From Candidatus Methanosuratincola verstraetei (GTDB taxonomy: Archaea > Thermoproteota > Methanomethylicia > Methanomethylicales > Methanomethylicaceae): a stretch of DNA of 64,000 nucleotides. A program made the translations under genes and the position numbers. The notes under the pieces were generated by a model. The model was not told the origin of the DNA, did no database searches, and saw only the letters and a list, made by a program, of their open reading frames with translations. Position 1 is the first letter of the stretch. Each line of letters opens with the position of its first letter. Location: assembly GCA_049570475.1 (NCBI GenBank), contig CP186953.1, forward strand, positions 1,216,001 through 1,280,000, written 5' to 3'. Positions 49,157 to 60,035 of this stretch are shown here, one piece after another.

Positions 49157-50398
49157 CTATTTTCTGGACTCCTCCAGCTCCTTCATCCCAGATACCATCA
49201 CCGCTGCGCCGACGCACCCGATCAGGTTTGGCTTTTCTGGGACTATCATCTCGACGCTTAGTATCTCGGAGAGTGCCTTGACCAGCCCCTTGACAAGCGC
49301 CGTCGATCCGACCTGGATTATCGGGTACCTTATGTCTATCTCCTGGAGCTGCTGCTCGAATACCTGTTCGGCTACGCTGTGGCAGGCGGCTGCGGCCGCA
49401 TCTTCCGGCTTTGCGCCGCCAGCGAGCCCGGCAACTAGATCCTGGAGCCCGAAGACGATGCAGTACGCGTTCATCGGGACTGCTTTCCAGTCCCCCTTCA
49501 TTGCAAGATCCCCGAACTGCTCTATCGGGACGCCGAGCCTCTTGGCGGTGGTTTCGAGGAACCTTCCTGAGGCTCCGGCGCAGACGCCTCCGACAGTGAA
49601 GCTGTCAGGGATGCTGTCGTAGAGCGTGACTGCCTTGTTGTCCATGCCGCCTATGTCGATGACGGTCGCGTCCCCCCTCTGCTTGTCGGTCAGGAACAGC
49701 GCCCCCTTCGAGCAAGTTGAGACTTCCTCCATAGCCAGCTGTGCCTTGTACTTCTCCTTTAGGATCGTCCTGCCGTAGCCCGTGACCCCTATCCCCTCGA
49801 GCTTGGACTCATCTATTCCTGCCTCCTTGAGCGCCTGGTTCAGCGCCGTCATGCCCGAGTCCAGCACGCTGGTCGTTGGGACCCAGCCGTGGCCTATGAT
49901 CTCATTATCCTTCATTACAACGGCCTTCGTTGTTGTCGATCCCGAGTCTATCCCGGCAGTTATGCCCTCCTGCTTCATCCTGGCGAAGAGGGGCTTCTTG
50001 TCTATGATATTCACCAGCGCCTCCATGCGGAGCAGGAGCGCCCCGGCCTTGGTCCTCTCTGTGAATGAATATGTCACTACTGGGATCTTAGTCTGGCTCT
50101 GGATATACCTCCTGACGACGCTCCTCACGAGTGCGCCTTCGGCACACCTGAAGCAGGTCGCAATGAACACCCCGTCTGCATCTACCCTCCCTTCCACTAT
50201 GGCCTTCGCCCTAGCCATCATCACCCTCAGCCCCGGGCTAGCCACATGGAAGCCGAGCTCGTCCTCAATCGTCCTTATCTCCGACACATCGACCTCAGGC
50301 ACGAATATCTGCCCGCCAACGATCTTTGCAGCTTTCTCGATCTCTGCCTGAATCCCGCTGTACTCGGAGCCGCATGATATTTGCGCTATCCTGACCAT
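49157..50398 (-). CDS. Methanogenesis marker protein 15 (ASKHA/CoA-activase-like ATPase)
   Basis: [56 protein letters not shown]. Confidence 0.88.
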   Translation of the reverse strand: MVRIAQISCGSEYSGIQAEIEKAAKIVGGQIFVPEVDVSEIRTIEDELGFHVASPGLRVMMARAKAIVEGRVDADGVFIATCFRCAEGALVRSVVRRYIQSQTKIPVVTYSFTERTKAGALLLRMEALVNIIDKKPLFARMKQEGITAGIDSGSTTTKAVVMKDNEIIGHGWVPTTSVLDSGMTALNQALKEAGIDESKLEGIGVTGYGRTILKEKYKAQLAMEEVSTCSKGALFLTDKQRGDATVIDIGGMDNKAVTLYDSIPDSFTVGGVCAGASGRFLETTAKRLGVPIEQFGDLAMKGDWKAVPMNAYCIVFGLQDLVAGLAGGAKPEDAAAAACHSVAEQVFEQQLQEIDIRYPIIQVGSTALVKGLVKALSEILSVEMIVPEKPNLIGCVGAAVMVSGMKELEESRK

Positions 50399-50494
50399 CT
50401 GCCCTCACCAGACACTACGAACATACTTCGATATTCCGTCTTCTTCGCCCAAAATAATCCTTTCCCCTTGGGCGGGCTGGGCAACCGGCGATTC

Positions 50495-51646
50495 CTATTT
50501 TATCCTTATCTCCACTATGTCCCCATCCGCAAGCTCGTGATCCGCCCCCACCTTCTCGGCATCATACTTCGCCGAGGGTCCCCAGATCCTAGCTATCTTG
50601 AAGTTCTTGTAGAGGTGCGAGTGCACCACCTTCGCTACATCGATGACCTTCGCTCCCTGCCTCATCACGATGGGTTTCTTTGCAGGCTCCCCCCCGACCT
50701 CCTTGGTGTAGACCCTGATTATGCCGAGCATCCTGAAGATCTCCTTGCCGAGGCTGCCAAGACCCTCCCCAGTCCGCGCCGAGACACCGAGGGCTTCCCT
50801 CCCAGCCAGCTTTTTGAATTCATGCAGCGCCCCAGGGTATGCGTCAACCTTGTTTACCAGGATCAGCGAGGGCTTGTAGATCTTCGTCTGTTCCAGCGCC
50901 CCCAGGATATCATCCTTCCCTGCGTCTCCCCATATCCTGACGATCGCGTTCCTGACACCCGCCTCCTTCAAGATCTTGTCGACCTCCTCCACCCTGCAGG
51001 CGATCCTGCCTGTGCACGCTATCTGGATCCCGCCGCCTGTTGTCCTCTCGATCTCGATCTTCCTCGCAGCCCTGTCAGTAGTAATCCCTGCCATTCCGAG
51101 CTCTTTAATTACCATGCCGTATTGGCCGACGGGATCGGATCCGTCCAGCACTATTGCCAGCCCGTCTGCATTCCTTATCACGCTCATGAGCTGCGATCCC
51201 CAAGAGAGCCCATAGCTTGCCCCCTCAAAAATCGCCGGTGTGTCCACCAGCTGGAACTGGAGGTCTTCGAAGTCTAGCATCCCCGGCACCGGCTCTTTGG
51301 TGGTGAACTGGTAGTCGCCAACCTCGACCTTCGCGTTGGTCGTGTATGCGAGTATGCTGCTCTTTCCGGAGCCGGTAGCCCCGACCAGCACAACCTGCGC
51401 GGCCCCCTCCTTCTTTACCGAGAAGCCGCCGCCCCCTCCTCCTGACTTCCTCTTCTTCTGCTCCTCGAGCTCTTCCTTGAGTTCAGCAAGGCGCCTCCTC
51501 AGGTACCTCCTCATCTTCTCGTTGCCCTTGTGTTCTGGGATCGACGAGATGAATTCTTGGAGGTACCTTATCTTCTCGGGCAGCGTCTTGGCTTCAATGT
51601 ATCTTCTCTCTGCGGCCCTTGCCTGGGGAGGTAGGTTTGCGGGCAA
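50495..51646 (-). CDS. DRG/OBG-family GTPase with TGS domain
   Basis: MPANLPP.A, P.HKG.EK, G..GSGKS, Y.FTT..P.PGM, DTP, NKVD, ARIWG.S.K. Confidence 0.9.
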   Translation of the reverse strand: MPANLPPQARAAERRYIEAKTLPEKIRYLQEFISSIPEHKGNEKMRRYLRRRLAELKEELEEQKKRKSGGGGGGFSVKKEGAAQVVLVGATGSGKSSILAYTTNAKVEVGDYQFTTKEPVPGMLDFEDLQFQLVDTPAIFEGASYGLSWGSQLMSVIRNADGLAIVLDGSDPVGQYGMVIKELGMAGITTDRAARKIEIERTTGGGIQIACTGRIACRVEEVDKILKEAGVRNAIVRIWGDAGKDDILGALEQTKIYKPSLILVNKVDAYPGALHEFKKLAGREALGVSARTGEGLGSLGKEIFRMLGIIRVYTKEVGGEPAKKPIVMRQGAKVIDVAKVVHSHLYKNFKIARIWGPSAKYDAEKVGADHELADGDIVEIRIK

Positions 51647-51704
51647 GTACTACACCGTTTCCCAAGACTCTTCCTTTTCCCCTTGGGATATAATAAATCT
51701 ATAC

Positions 51705-52667
51705 TCACTTATGCGCTTTCCTAGCCGCTACCAGCCTCGCTACCCGCACAATCCTGTCCGCTAGCCTGAGTGCGTTCTTCTCGAAGAAATAGGCATTAGG
51801 CTCTATCCCTACCCCGCCCGTGTCAACAATCACGTCGACCCAGCCCCTGTTCTCCTTGAATGCTCCCTCAGCGAATTCGAAGAGCTCCTCCTCCCCTTTT
51901 TGCATAGGCGTCCTATCGAATACAGCGCAGTTGAATCCCATCTTATTTATCGCCTCCGCCACGTCCTCGTTGTAGGCAGTGTTCATGACCGACCTCACCT
52001 CGGGGTTCACGCTCATGACCCTCAGGAGTAGCTTGGCCAGGTGGCTTGAGACCCCGAACTCTGGATCCATGAGGGACATTACCTTGCCCCTTATTTTGAC
52101 CAACCTCCCCGGGATCCCCGCCACATCTGCAACACCCTTTGCATTCTTCAGCGCCATGACCATGTTGGAGAGCACCTGCGGCTCCAGCTCAACGAACTCA
52201 GGTGTGTTCTCGATCATCGAGACTGCAACGGTAAGGTCGCTCAGCGTCGCCCTCCTCATGTCTGAGAGGTCTGTGAGGCTCATGTGCAGCTGCATGCATA
52301 TGCTGCACTTCTCGTCCTCAAGCTCTTGGATTCTCAACTTGTGCGCATGGCATATCGAACCCCCGCGCCTGAGGTTGAGGCAGATCTCGCAGATGTTGTT
52401 GATCATATCCGCGTTCGAGAACCGCTTCATTGTGATCTCGGATGCAAGGCCCTTAGCTATTTCCCGCAGCTCCTTTAGCGAGAAGGGTTCGATCGATGCG
52501 TCTGTCAGCTGCTGAGTCAGGTACCCGCTCACCGCCGCCTGCGTCACGCCCAGCTTTTTGGCTATCTTGGTCTGGGTGTAGCCGTGGTTTTCTGCCAGCT
52601 CCTTAGCGACCAGCGTCCTCAAAATCGGTAGCAGCTCCTTTACAGTGAGCTCGCATGGCGGGTTCAA
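51705..52667 (-). CDS. ThiR-like regulator (HTH + ThiN-like domain)
   Basis: PPCE...K.LLP..R, TQ..IAKKLGVTQAAVS.Y, VAGIPGRLV, PEFG.S.HLA..LL, GG.G.EP. Divergent from thiDN. Confidence 0.82.
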   Translation of the reverse strand: MNPPCELTVKELLPILRTLVAKELAENHGYTQTKIAKKLGVTQAAVSGYLTQQLTDASIEPFSLKELREIAKGLASEITMKRFSNADMINNICEICLNLRRGGSICHAHKLRIQELEDEKCSICMQLHMSLTDLSDMRRATLSDLTVAVSMIENTPEFVELEPQVLSNMVMALKNAKGVADVAGIPGRLVKIRGKVMSLMDPEFGVSSHLAKLLLRVMSVNPEVRSVMNTAYNEDVAEAINKMGFNCAVFDRTPMQKGEEELFEFAEGAFKENRGWVDVIVDTGGVGIEPNAYFFEKNALRLADRIVRVARLVAARKAHK

Positions 52668-52748
52668 GTCTTACACCATAAATTGGTTTATTCACGAATT
52701 ATATATATTGCTTATAAAGCCCATCATATAAAATTATTGAGGGTAAGT

Positions 52749-54143
52749 ATGACAAAAAGGCAAAAGATCCCCGTTGTTCTAACGATAGCCGGATCCGACT
52801 CGGGCGGCGGCGCCGGGATCCAGGCAGATCTGAAGACTTTTGCATCATTTGGAGTGCACGGCACTTCAGCGATCACAGCGGTGACCGCCCAAGACACCAC
52901 CGGCGTCTCGGGCATCCACGAGATCCCGCCAGCAATGGTGAGGGCCCAGATAGAGGCAGTCGTCAAGGACATGGGAGTCAAGTTCGCAAAGACGGGGATG
53001 CTCTCGAGCTCACCGATAATCTCTGAGGTATCTAAGGCAATAGATGAATTCGGGCTGAATGCGGTTGTCGACCCTGTGATGGTCGCAAAGTCAGGCGCCC
53101 CCCTCCTCAGGCAAGAAGCGGTCTCGTCCTTAAAAGAGGAGCTCATACCCGTGGCGCATTTGATCACACCGAATATCGAGGAAGCATCAGCCCTTACGAA
53201 AATGGGGATCTCATCAATGGATGATGTCTTGAGGGCTGGGGAATTGCTGCTTGACATGGGGGCGCGCTACGTCGTGATCAAGGGCGGGCACCTGCCGGGG
53301 GAGCCCGTAGATACGCTCTTCTCGAGGGGTCGTGCTCCTGTTCATTACAGGGGCGATCGGATCCAGTCGAAGGCCACCCACGGCACTGGGTGCACCTTCT
53401 CGGCCGCGATCGCATCCTGCTTGGCTCTCGGTCGCCCTGTCGAGGAGGCGGTGGGGGCGGCAAAGCAGTTTGTGCGGAACGCGATTCTACACGGTCTTGA
53501 AGTTGGGAGGGGCGTTGGCCCGGTAAACCCTATCTCAAGCCTGGAGATTGACGCAGAGAAGTTCAGGGTTATTTCGTCAGTGAGCGATGCCCTTTGCTTG
53601 CTCGAGTCATCGGAGTTTGCGCCGCTCCTTTCGCCGGAATGCCAGATCAACTTGGCCATGTCTCTCCCCATGAGATACGCTTCAGGGGTGGAGTCCGTAT
53701 GCGGCGTCCCTGGCAGGATCTCCAATTCGGGCGGTCGCCTGAAGCCGGCTTCCTGCCCTGCTTTTGGAGGATCTAGGCATGTTGCCCGCGCAATTCTCTC
53801 AGTGATGCGCCATGACCCTGATACGCGGTCTGCAATGAACATCAGATACTCGGAGGAGATGCTTCGGATCATCGACGACTTGGGCTATTCGCACGCTTCA
53901 TACGACCGCACAAAGGAGCCTGAAGAAGTCAAGGCTGCGGAGGGGGCATCCATCCCTTGGGGCATTGAGGAGGCAATAAGGGCTTATGGCGGAGTCCCAG
54001 ACGTTGTATATCACACAGGCGACTGGGGGAAGGAGCCAATGATGCTGGTATTCGGGAAGGATGCAGTCGAGGTGGCCATGAAGGCTATCCGCATTGCAAG
54101 GAGGCTCGCAGAAGTCGCTAATCCTGGAACCTCCTCAGGCTAG
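52749..54143 (+). CDS. thiD: Bifunctional HMP/HMP-P kinase - thiamine-phosphate synthase (ThiDN)
   Basis: [44 protein letters not shown]-terminal ThiN (PAFGGS.HVAR, GD.GKEPM). Confidence 0.93.
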   Translation: MTKRQKIPVVLTIAGSDSGGGAGIQADLKTFASFGVHGTSAITAVTAQDTTGVSGIHEIPPAMVRAQIEAVVKDMGVKFAKTGMLSSSPIISEVSKAIDEFGLNAVVDPVMVAKSGAPLLRQEAVSSLKEELIPVAHLITPNIEEASALTKMGISSMDDVLRAGELLLDMGARYVVIKGGHLPGEPVDTLFSRGRAPVHYRGDRIQSKATHGTGCTFSAAIASCLALGRPVEEAVGAAKQFVRNAILHGLEVGRGVGPVNPISSLEIDAEKFRVISSVSDALCLLESSEFAPLLSPECQINLAMSLPMRYASGVESVCGVPGRISNSGGRLKPASCPAFGGSRHVARAILSVMRHDPDTRSAMNIRYSEEMLRIIDDLGYSHASYDRTKEPEEVKAAEGASIPWGIEEAIRAYGGVPDVVYHTGDWGKEPMMLVFGKDAVEVAMKAIRIARRLAEVANPGTSSG

Positions 54144-54639
54144 CCAACTTGACTTCCTTGGCATCGAAGATGCCGCACCTGGCCTCATCTATGAACTCGT
54201 TCAGCTTGAAGATTGGAACCACAAATACCCCGTTGTGCTCTGTAACCGCCTCCTGGTGTAGCGTCACGATAACCGGGATGATCGAGGCCCTGCCCCACTC
54301 CGCCGCATCGGGGAAAATCTGTACCATTTTCCCCTCAAAATGGTACGCCCTGAGGCGCTGCCTTGCCGCCGCGTCTCTTATGCCGCTTGACTTGCCTGCC
54401 CTCATCCCCCAGTGCTTGCAGTCCACAAGCACTGCTCGTGGCCTCTGGAACGCAACGACGTCGATCTCATATCTCCTCCTCTCTGCGATGAACCTGAGGT
54501 TCCTCAGCACCGCAAACCCGTTCTCGGAGAAGATCTCTGCTGCAAACCCCTCGAAATCCTTCCAGCAGAGCCCTTCAACAAGCCCCGCTGCCGGGATCCC
54601 CCTTTCCATCCTTTCGAGGACTTCCTTCAGCAGTCCCAT
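54118..54639 (-). CDS. PD-(D/E)XK Mrr/NERD-like nuclease domain protein
   Basis: W.DFE.F...IF..NGF, EIDVVA, VDCKHW. ATG at 54639. Confidence 0.7.
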   Translation of the reverse strand: MGLLKEVLERMERGIPAAGLVEGLCWKDFEGFAAEIFSENGFAVLRNLRFIAERRRYEIDVVAFQRPRAVLVDCKHWGMRAGKSSGIRDAAARQRLRAYHFEGKMVQIFPDAAEWGRASIIPVIVTLHQEAVTEHNGVFVVPIFKLNEFIDEARCGIFDAKEVKLASLRRFQD

Positions 54640-54652
54640 TAAATACCCGCCC

Positions 54653-55483
54653 TCAAACGCCGGTCCTGAGGATACCGCCCGCCGTTCGCGGGAAGACCTT
54701 GGGCACCGGAGGGACCCTCCTCTTGTGGGCGCTCTCCCTGACCATCCTCCTGACCCTCTCAACTTTGGCGGCATAGTCCGGACCTAGGTCCTCCACTATC
54801 TCTTCTTTCTTCATCCTCAGGTCGTAGAGGCGGTAGAGGATCGTGTCGATTTCTTCATAGCTGATTCCCAGCTCGCTCTCTGCTGTTTGCCCCTTCCAAA
54901 GCCTTGGGGAGCTTTCCTTCATTATTATCATTTGGGGAATCCCCAGGTGCCTGGCAAGCTCCCTGACTTGGGTCTTGTAGAGGCAGCCGAGAGGCAGCAG
55001 GTCCACTCCCCCGTCGCCGTACTTGGTGAAATACCCAATCATGAGTTCGCTCCTGTCCCCGCTCCCGATGACAATCCTGCCCTCTGAATTTGCAACATAG
55101 TAAAGGATAGTCATCCTCAGCCTTGCCCTCACATTTCCTTCAGCCACTATATCCTTCCGCTCGCACCCTGCTGAAGCGAGATCTGAGACAGCCTTTGATG
55201 CGTCCGTGATGTCGATCTTCCTGTACGGTATACCCAGGCTTTCAGCAAGGGCCGTAGCATCGTTGACATCCTCCTTAGGGGTGGCAGCCGAATCTGGCAT
55301 CAAAAGGGCGAGGACTTTTTCCTTCCCCAGCCCTCTTGCTGAGAGGGCAGCCGCCACAGCAGAGTCTATGCCCCCGCTCAGACCTACCACCGCGCGCCTC
55401 CCCCCCACCCTCCTTCTTATGAATTCAGATATCTTGGAAGCCACGAATTCCGCATCAAAATCAGTAAGGCAGACTTCAGGCAT
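54653..55483 (-). CDS. nadE: NH3-dependent NAD+ synthetase
   Basis: GLSGGIDSAV, GN..ARLRM, GYFTKYGDGG.D..P, YKTQV, LW.GQT.E.ELG..Y, HKR. Confidence 0.94.
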   Translation of the reverse strand: MPEVCLTDFDAEFVASKISEFIRRRVGGRRAVVGLSGGIDSAVAAALSARGLGKEKVLALLMPDSAATPKEDVNDATALAESLGIPYRKIDITDASKAVSDLASAGCERKDIVAEGNVRARLRMTILYYVANSEGRIVIGSGDRSELMIGYFTKYGDGGVDLLPLGCLYKTQVRELARHLGIPQMIIMKESSPRLWKGQTAESELGISYEEIDTILYRLYDLRMKKEEIVEDLGPDYAAKVERVRRMVRESAHKRRVPPVPKVFPRTAGGILRTGV

Positions 55484-55569
55484 AATTTACCATTCCGTGG
55501 TATAGGTCTCCCGTCAATATATAAAAGCTTAAATTGAGGCAGGATCCCTTACATGAAACAAAGAGGCGC

Positions 55570-55863
55570 ATGATCATGTCAAAGGATCAGGCAATTGGTG
55601 CAGGAATACTTGCAACATCGGTAATCCTGATTGTGGTTTACATTTGGTGGCTCTTCTTCTCAGAGTGGTCTTGGTGGGCCATAGTCCTCCCTGTATTGGT
55701 GATGGTACTGGCAGTGCTCGGCATAGCTGGCTGGATCGGATACACCATGGCAACAACCCCTCCGCCTAAGCCACTGGAGGAGATACCTGAGCTTTCAGAT
55801 GTCACAGAGGGGAAGGAAGGAGCTCAGTCTGAGCCAAAGCCAGCAGAAGAGAAGAAGGAATGA
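55570..55863 (+). CDS. Small conserved membrane protein
   Basis: DQAIG, two TM helices, WIGYTMATTPPPKP.EE and charged tail. Confidence 0.65.
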   Translation: MIMSKDQAIGAGILATSVILIVVYIWWLFFSEWSWWAIVLPVLVMVLAVLGIAGWIGYTMATTPPPKPLEEIPELSDVTEGKEGAQSEPKPAEEKKE

Positions 55864-55920
55864 ATCTAAGCCAACCAGTCTTTATTTTTTGACTGATTAC
55901 ACGCGAGCGAGGTACCGCAT

Positions 55921-56604
55921 TTGAAAATTAGTTTTCCGCTGATTCTCGTAAATTTCAAGACCTACAGGGAATCCATTGGGCAGAAGGGGCTGGAATTAGC
56001 AAGGGCAGCGGAGCGGGTATCCCGAGAAACTGGCGTTTGCATAGCAGTTGCCCCGCAGACTCCCGATCTCTCCAGGATAGCTAGCAGCGTAGGGATCCCT
56101 GTGTTCTCGCAGCATGTGGATCCGGAAGAGCCTGGAGCTCATACTGGGGGCGTCACGCCCGAGTCGCTTAAGGAAGCTGGCGTTTCAGGAACCATTTTGA
56201 ACCATTCGGAGAGGAGGCTGCGGATAGACATCGTTGAGGAGGCTGTGAGACGGTGCTCTAGCTTGGGGCTGCTGACATGCGTCTGCGCAAACACCCCCTT
56301 GGCTGGACGCGCTGTGGCTAGCTTCGGCCCGGACATGGTTGCTGTAGAGCCCCCTGAGCTCATTGGGAGTGGCGTATCCGTCTCGAAGGCCAGACCAGAA
56401 GTAGTGGGCGATGCCGTCCGTCTAATCAAGGAAATTTCAGGTGGCGTGCACGTGCTCTGCGGTGCAGGGATCACCTCTGGCGAGGACGTCTCAGCTGCGA
56501 TAAAGCTCGGTGCAGAGGGGGTGCTCGTAGCGTCTGGCATAGTGAAGTCGAACAATCCGATTAAAGCACTGGCGGATCTGGCGGAGCATTCCGTTCAGCG
56601 TTGA
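55921..56604 (+). CDS. tpiA: Triosephosphate isomerase (archaeal type)
   Basis: NFKTY, QHVD, NHSE, AVEPPELIG.G, GAGI, GVLVASG. Confidence 0.95.
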   Translation: MKISFPLILVNFKTYRESIGQKGLELARAAERVSRETGVCIAVAPQTPDLSRIASSVGIPVFSQHVDPEEPGAHTGGVTPESLKEAGVSGTILNHSERRLRIDIVEEAVRRCSSLGLLTCVCANTPLAGRAVASFGPDMVAVEPPELIGSGVSVSKARPEVVGDAVRLIKEISGGVHVLCGAGITSGEDVSAAIKLGAEGVLVASGIVKSNNPIKALADLAEHSVQR

Positions 56605-56670
56605 ATCCAGAGAAACTCCAGCAGAAAAAATAAAATAAAATAAAAAAATTGATATTGCCTTATCGCGCTA

Positions 56671-57036
56671 TCATTTCCCGTACCCGATGCGATTTTGGTT
56701 CATTGCCTGGAGCATTTCCCTCAATTGGAACGCAAAGCTCTGGCAATCATCGCTCGAGTTGCAGCAAATTCCTGCCTGCGGACCAAGCATCCCCCTTTCC
56801 TGGATTCTTAGCTGGACCTTTTCTTGGATTACGTTTTTGCAGCAGTCAGTAAAGTTGTTCATTGCACATTCCCTGTCTCTAAGGCGCTCCCTGTCCTGTG
56901 TCTGTAATGCGTTGGGGCTGAAATCCGTCTGCTTACCCACGTAGGTCTGTGTATTTGCTGTTGCGAGTGTTGATGCTATCGGCACAGCAGCAATGAACAG
57001 CGCTGCCACCAACAATATGGCTATTCTCTTGTTCAT
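56671..57036 (-). CDS. Small secreted hypothetical protein
   Basis: Signal peptide MNKRIAILLVAALF, QTQDRERLRDREC, Gln/Cys-rich. Confidence 0.55.
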   Translation of the reverse strand: MNKRIAILLVAALFIAAVPIASTLATANTQTYVGKQTDFSPNALQTQDRERLRDRECAMNNFTDCCKNVIQEKVQLRIQERGMLGPQAGICCNSSDDCQSFAFQLREMLQAMNQNRIGYGK

Positions 57037-57126
57037 TTTTGTCACCAAAAGGACCTAGCTCTGCTAAAGTCATATTGATTTTCCAAGAAATTGACCAAGT
57101 CAATCCCAAATTGATCCCAAACTTGG

Positions 57127-57567
57127 TCACTTGAGGCTGATGTATACAAGGATCAAAAGGGCCACGCAGCTGAATAATTCGGGTATCATTGCGAAAGGCC
57201 CAAGCCCGAAACCGCCGAAGCCGAGGGCGCTGTGCAGTAGCGGGTTGGAAGTGAGGGCATAAGAGAAGAGCACAAGGGCGACTATCGCCATAGAGAGTGA
57301 AAACTCGGATCTGATCCTCCTGTAAGTGTCGATGTAGATCCCTAGCAGCAGAATAGAGAGGAACATGTTGGCAAATGAGAGCGCCGCCTGGATTGAGTAG
57401 TAGACTTCCATGTCCCGGCCTTCGTGGCGCATATTGGTCCCGCCTCCCTGCTGGTTGTTTGCCAGATCAAAAGCCCCTGCGCTTGAGCAAGACGGCTGCA
57501 CGATCAGTCCAAAGACTAATGCCATTGACACAATGGCAAATGACCACTCTCTGATTCCCATAGTCAC
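57127..57567 (-). CDS. Membrane protein associated with an ArsR-type regulator
   Basis: 3-4 TM helices, Y...YR....F...., SNP. Overlaps the ArsR stop codon. Confidence 0.6.
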   Translation of the reverse strand: MTMGIREWSFAIVSMALVFGLIVQPSCSSAGAFDLANNQQGGGTNMRHEGRDMEVYYSIQAALSFANMFLSILLLGIYIDTYRRIRSEFSLSMAIVALVLFSYALTSNPLLHSALGFGGFGLGPFAMIPELFSCVALLILVYISLK

Positions 57568-57902
57568 TTCCTCTTCCTCCCGCCTCTCTTTTTACTATTT
57601 TTCCCAATTCTCTCCCAGATCTCCTCGAAAACCCCATAGTTGCTTTCCAGCTCTAAACTGAGGAAGTAGGTTACACCATATCCTTCGCCGGCCGTGGACA
57701 ATAGGCCGTTCTTCAGTAGCACATCCAGGTGGTGCCTGACATTCTTGTACTCCATCCCCAGCGTATCCGAAAGCATGTTTGCGTTCTTGGGCATTTCCTT
57801 CAGTGACTCTATTATGCGCCCTCTTGATTCGCCACCCCTGGTGCCTGCAATAAGCCAGTACAGGAGTCGCTTGAGAGGCGCATTCTGTTGCATATGACTC
57901 AC
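57564..57902 (-). CDS. ArsR-family winged-helix transcriptional regulator
   Basis: LL.WLIAGTRGG.SR..II..L...P.NAN.L...L..EYK.VRHHL.VL..NGL....YG..YF. Confidence 0.85.
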   Translation of the reverse strand: MSHMQQNAPLKRLLYWLIAGTRGGESRGRIIESLKEMPKNANMLSDTLGMEYKNVRHHLDVLLKNGLLSTAGEGYGVTYFLSLELESNYGVFEEIWERIGKNSKKRGGRKRK

Positions 57903-58019
57903 CCTATTTTTGCGTCGCTTGGGGATATAACTTCTTGCCGTACTTTATGTACAAAATAGAACATAAAGGCTTAAATATGGTTATCTTTATCCAAATAAAA
58001 CCATTGGTGAAAAAAATGG

Positions 58020-59372
58020 GTGACCGTTTTTGGTGAGGGTCTTAGGGTAGACCTCCCAGCCGACGAGATACCGAAGTACTGGTACAATATCGTGCCGGAT
58101 CTCCCGGAGCCATGTCCGCCTCCGCTTGATCCGAAGACAATGAAGCCTGCGGGTCTGGACTCGCTTTGGTTCTTCCCGAAGAGCCTGATCGAGCAGGAGA
58201 TATCTCAAGAACGATACATTGCAATCCCTGACGAGGTCAGGGAGATATACGTCAAGATGGCAAGGCCGACTCCCCTGATAAGGGCGAAGCGGCTTGAGGA
58301 GTTCCTCGGCACGCCAGCGGAGATCTACTACAAGTATGAGGGCATCTCCCCCGTTGGGAGCCACAAGGGCAATACCGCCATAGCACAAGCGTACTACAAC
58401 AAGAGAGACGGGGTTGAGCGTCTCGTCACAGAGACCGGCGCAGGCCAATGGGGATCCGCATTGTCGTTGGCATGTGCGATGTTCGATATGCGGTGTACGG
58501 TCTTCATGACGAGGGCTTCACACGACCAGAAGCCATACAGGAGGGTTCTGATGGAGCTATACGGCTCGGAAGTCTATGCCTCGCCAAGCAATGCGACCGA
58601 GTTCGGGCGCCGGATTCTCTCAGAAAAACCGAACCACCCAGGAAGCCTTGGCATTGCAATTAGCGAAGCGATCGAAACCGTGAAGAACGATCCGAAATCC
58701 AAGTACTCCTTGGGTTCGGTAACAAACTTTGTCCTTTTGCACCAGACCATAATAGGCCAGGAGGCAATGAAGCAACTGGAGCTGATAGACCGCAAGCCTG
58801 ATTATGTGATCGGATGCGTCGGTGGCGGCAGCAATTACGCCGGGCTTGCATACCCGTTCTTGAAGGAAAAGCTAGCTGGAAAGCTCGACGCGGAGTTCTA
58901 TTCGGTCGAACCGGAGGCAGTACCGTCGTTCACACGCGGGGTCTATGCCTATGACTACGGCGACACAGCGGGCATGACGCCCCTCTTTCCGATGTACACC
59001 GTGGGGCACAACTTCGTGACGCCCCCGATCCACGCGGGCGGGCTGAGGTACCACGGGAAGGCCTATTCGATGAGCATCCTTGTGAAGAATTCGTTGATAA
59101 CGCCCGTTGCCGTCAAGCAGCGCGAAGTCTTCGACGCCGCAAGGATCTTCTCCAGGTGTGAGGGGATTGTGCCTGCCCCTGAGAGCGCCCATGCAGTCCT
59201 CCAGGCTATGAAGGTCGCGAGGACATGCAATGAGAAGAAGGTGATACTCTTCAACATGAGCGGCCACGGCCTCTTGGATCTGGGTGGCTATGCAGAGTAC
59301 CTCAGCGGCAGGATAATCAACTGCGACGCCGTCTCCATAAATTATGATTCCATCCCGATGAAGATACCCTGA
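58020..59372 (+). CDS. trpB2: Tryptophan synthase beta chain 2 (TrpB-like PLP enzyme)
   Basis: [60 protein letters not shown]. Confidence 0.93.
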   Translation: MTVFGEGLRVDLPADEIPKYWYNIVPDLPEPCPPPLDPKTMKPAGLDSLWFFPKSLIEQEISQERYIAIPDEVREIYVKMARPTPLIRAKRLEEFLGTPAEIYYKYEGISPVGSHKGNTAIAQAYYNKRDGVERLVTETGAGQWGSALSLACAMFDMRCTVFMTRASHDQKPYRRVLMELYGSEVYASPSNATEFGRRILSEKPNHPGSLGIAISEAIETVKNDPKSKYSLGSVTNFVLLHQTIIGQEAMKQLELIDRKPDYVIGCVGGGSNYAGLAYPFLKEKLAGKLDAEFYSVEPEAVPSFTRGVYAYDYGDTAGMTPLFPMYTVGHNFVTPPIHAGGLRYHGKAYSMSILVKNSLITPVAVKQREVFDAARIFSRCEGIVPAPESAHAVLQAMKVARTCNEKKVILFNMSGHGLLDLGGYAEYLSGRIINCDAVSINYDSIPMKIP

Positions 59373-59522
59373 TTTTTTACTTTTTTGAATGCCCTGCCCT
59401 AGGCGCAGCATCACTTTTTTTATCTAACGGCTGCCCTTTTACCGTCAAACCGTGCCTTGGTTCAGGTCATTGATCAGCATTTCGCAGCTATGCATCTTAT
59501 AAAAGGAAAAAAAGGATTATTC

Positions 59523-60035
59523 TCAACTTACGCTGACTTTCGTGACGGTCGGGGCAGTCAGCAGCTTTGAGATGACCTCGCCTGGAACCTTCGTGTCAGT
59601 GATTATCATCAGCTTCGGGTCTGGGTTTAGCTCCGGATCCTCCGCGAGTATTTGCCTTATCGAGATCCCTGCTTCAGAGATGCATTTTGTGACGTGGAAT
59701 ATCACCCCTACTGCGTCCGACTTTGCCCTGACTTCAACAACCCCGTACCCGAGCGCCGGGGCTATCTCTTTCAGGAAGCTCCCTGCCGGCTTTATTCCAG
59801 TGAAGATCCTCTTCATCAGAGGATCCCCCATTATCTCCTCAACAGTCTGCCTCACGACCCTCCTGTCCACGCCTGCAGCCCTTGACAGATCTGCATCAGA
59901 GATCTCCACGTTCCCGCATACAATCCTTCCTGATTCATTAATGCTGAATCCAAGCTCAACCATTAGCCTAGCTACCTTTAGCTTAGCAGGCGAGCCTTCA
60001 AAGAACTTTGTGATCGACTTCCACAATCGGATCAC
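59523..60035 (-). CDS. ACT-domain regulator of amino acid metabolism (COG2150-like)
   Basis: W..I...FE..PA..KVA......G, CG.VEI, A.GVDRRVV..T, ISIRQ...EDPEL...P.L.II. Confidence 0.8.
   Translation of the reverse strand: MIRLWKSITKFFEGSPAKLKVARLMVELGFSINESGRIVCGNVEISDADLSRAAGVDRRVVRQTVEEIMGDPLMKRIFTGIKPAGSFLKEIAPALGYGVVEVRAKSDAVGVIFHVTKCISEAGISIRQILAEDPELNPDPKLMIITDTKVPGEVISKLLTAPTVTKVSVS

Noticed and set aside
54118-54639. Mrr-like nuclease as part of a defence system
   Set aside because: Solitary, embedded between nadE and thiDN, with no methylase or other defence genes and host-like composition.
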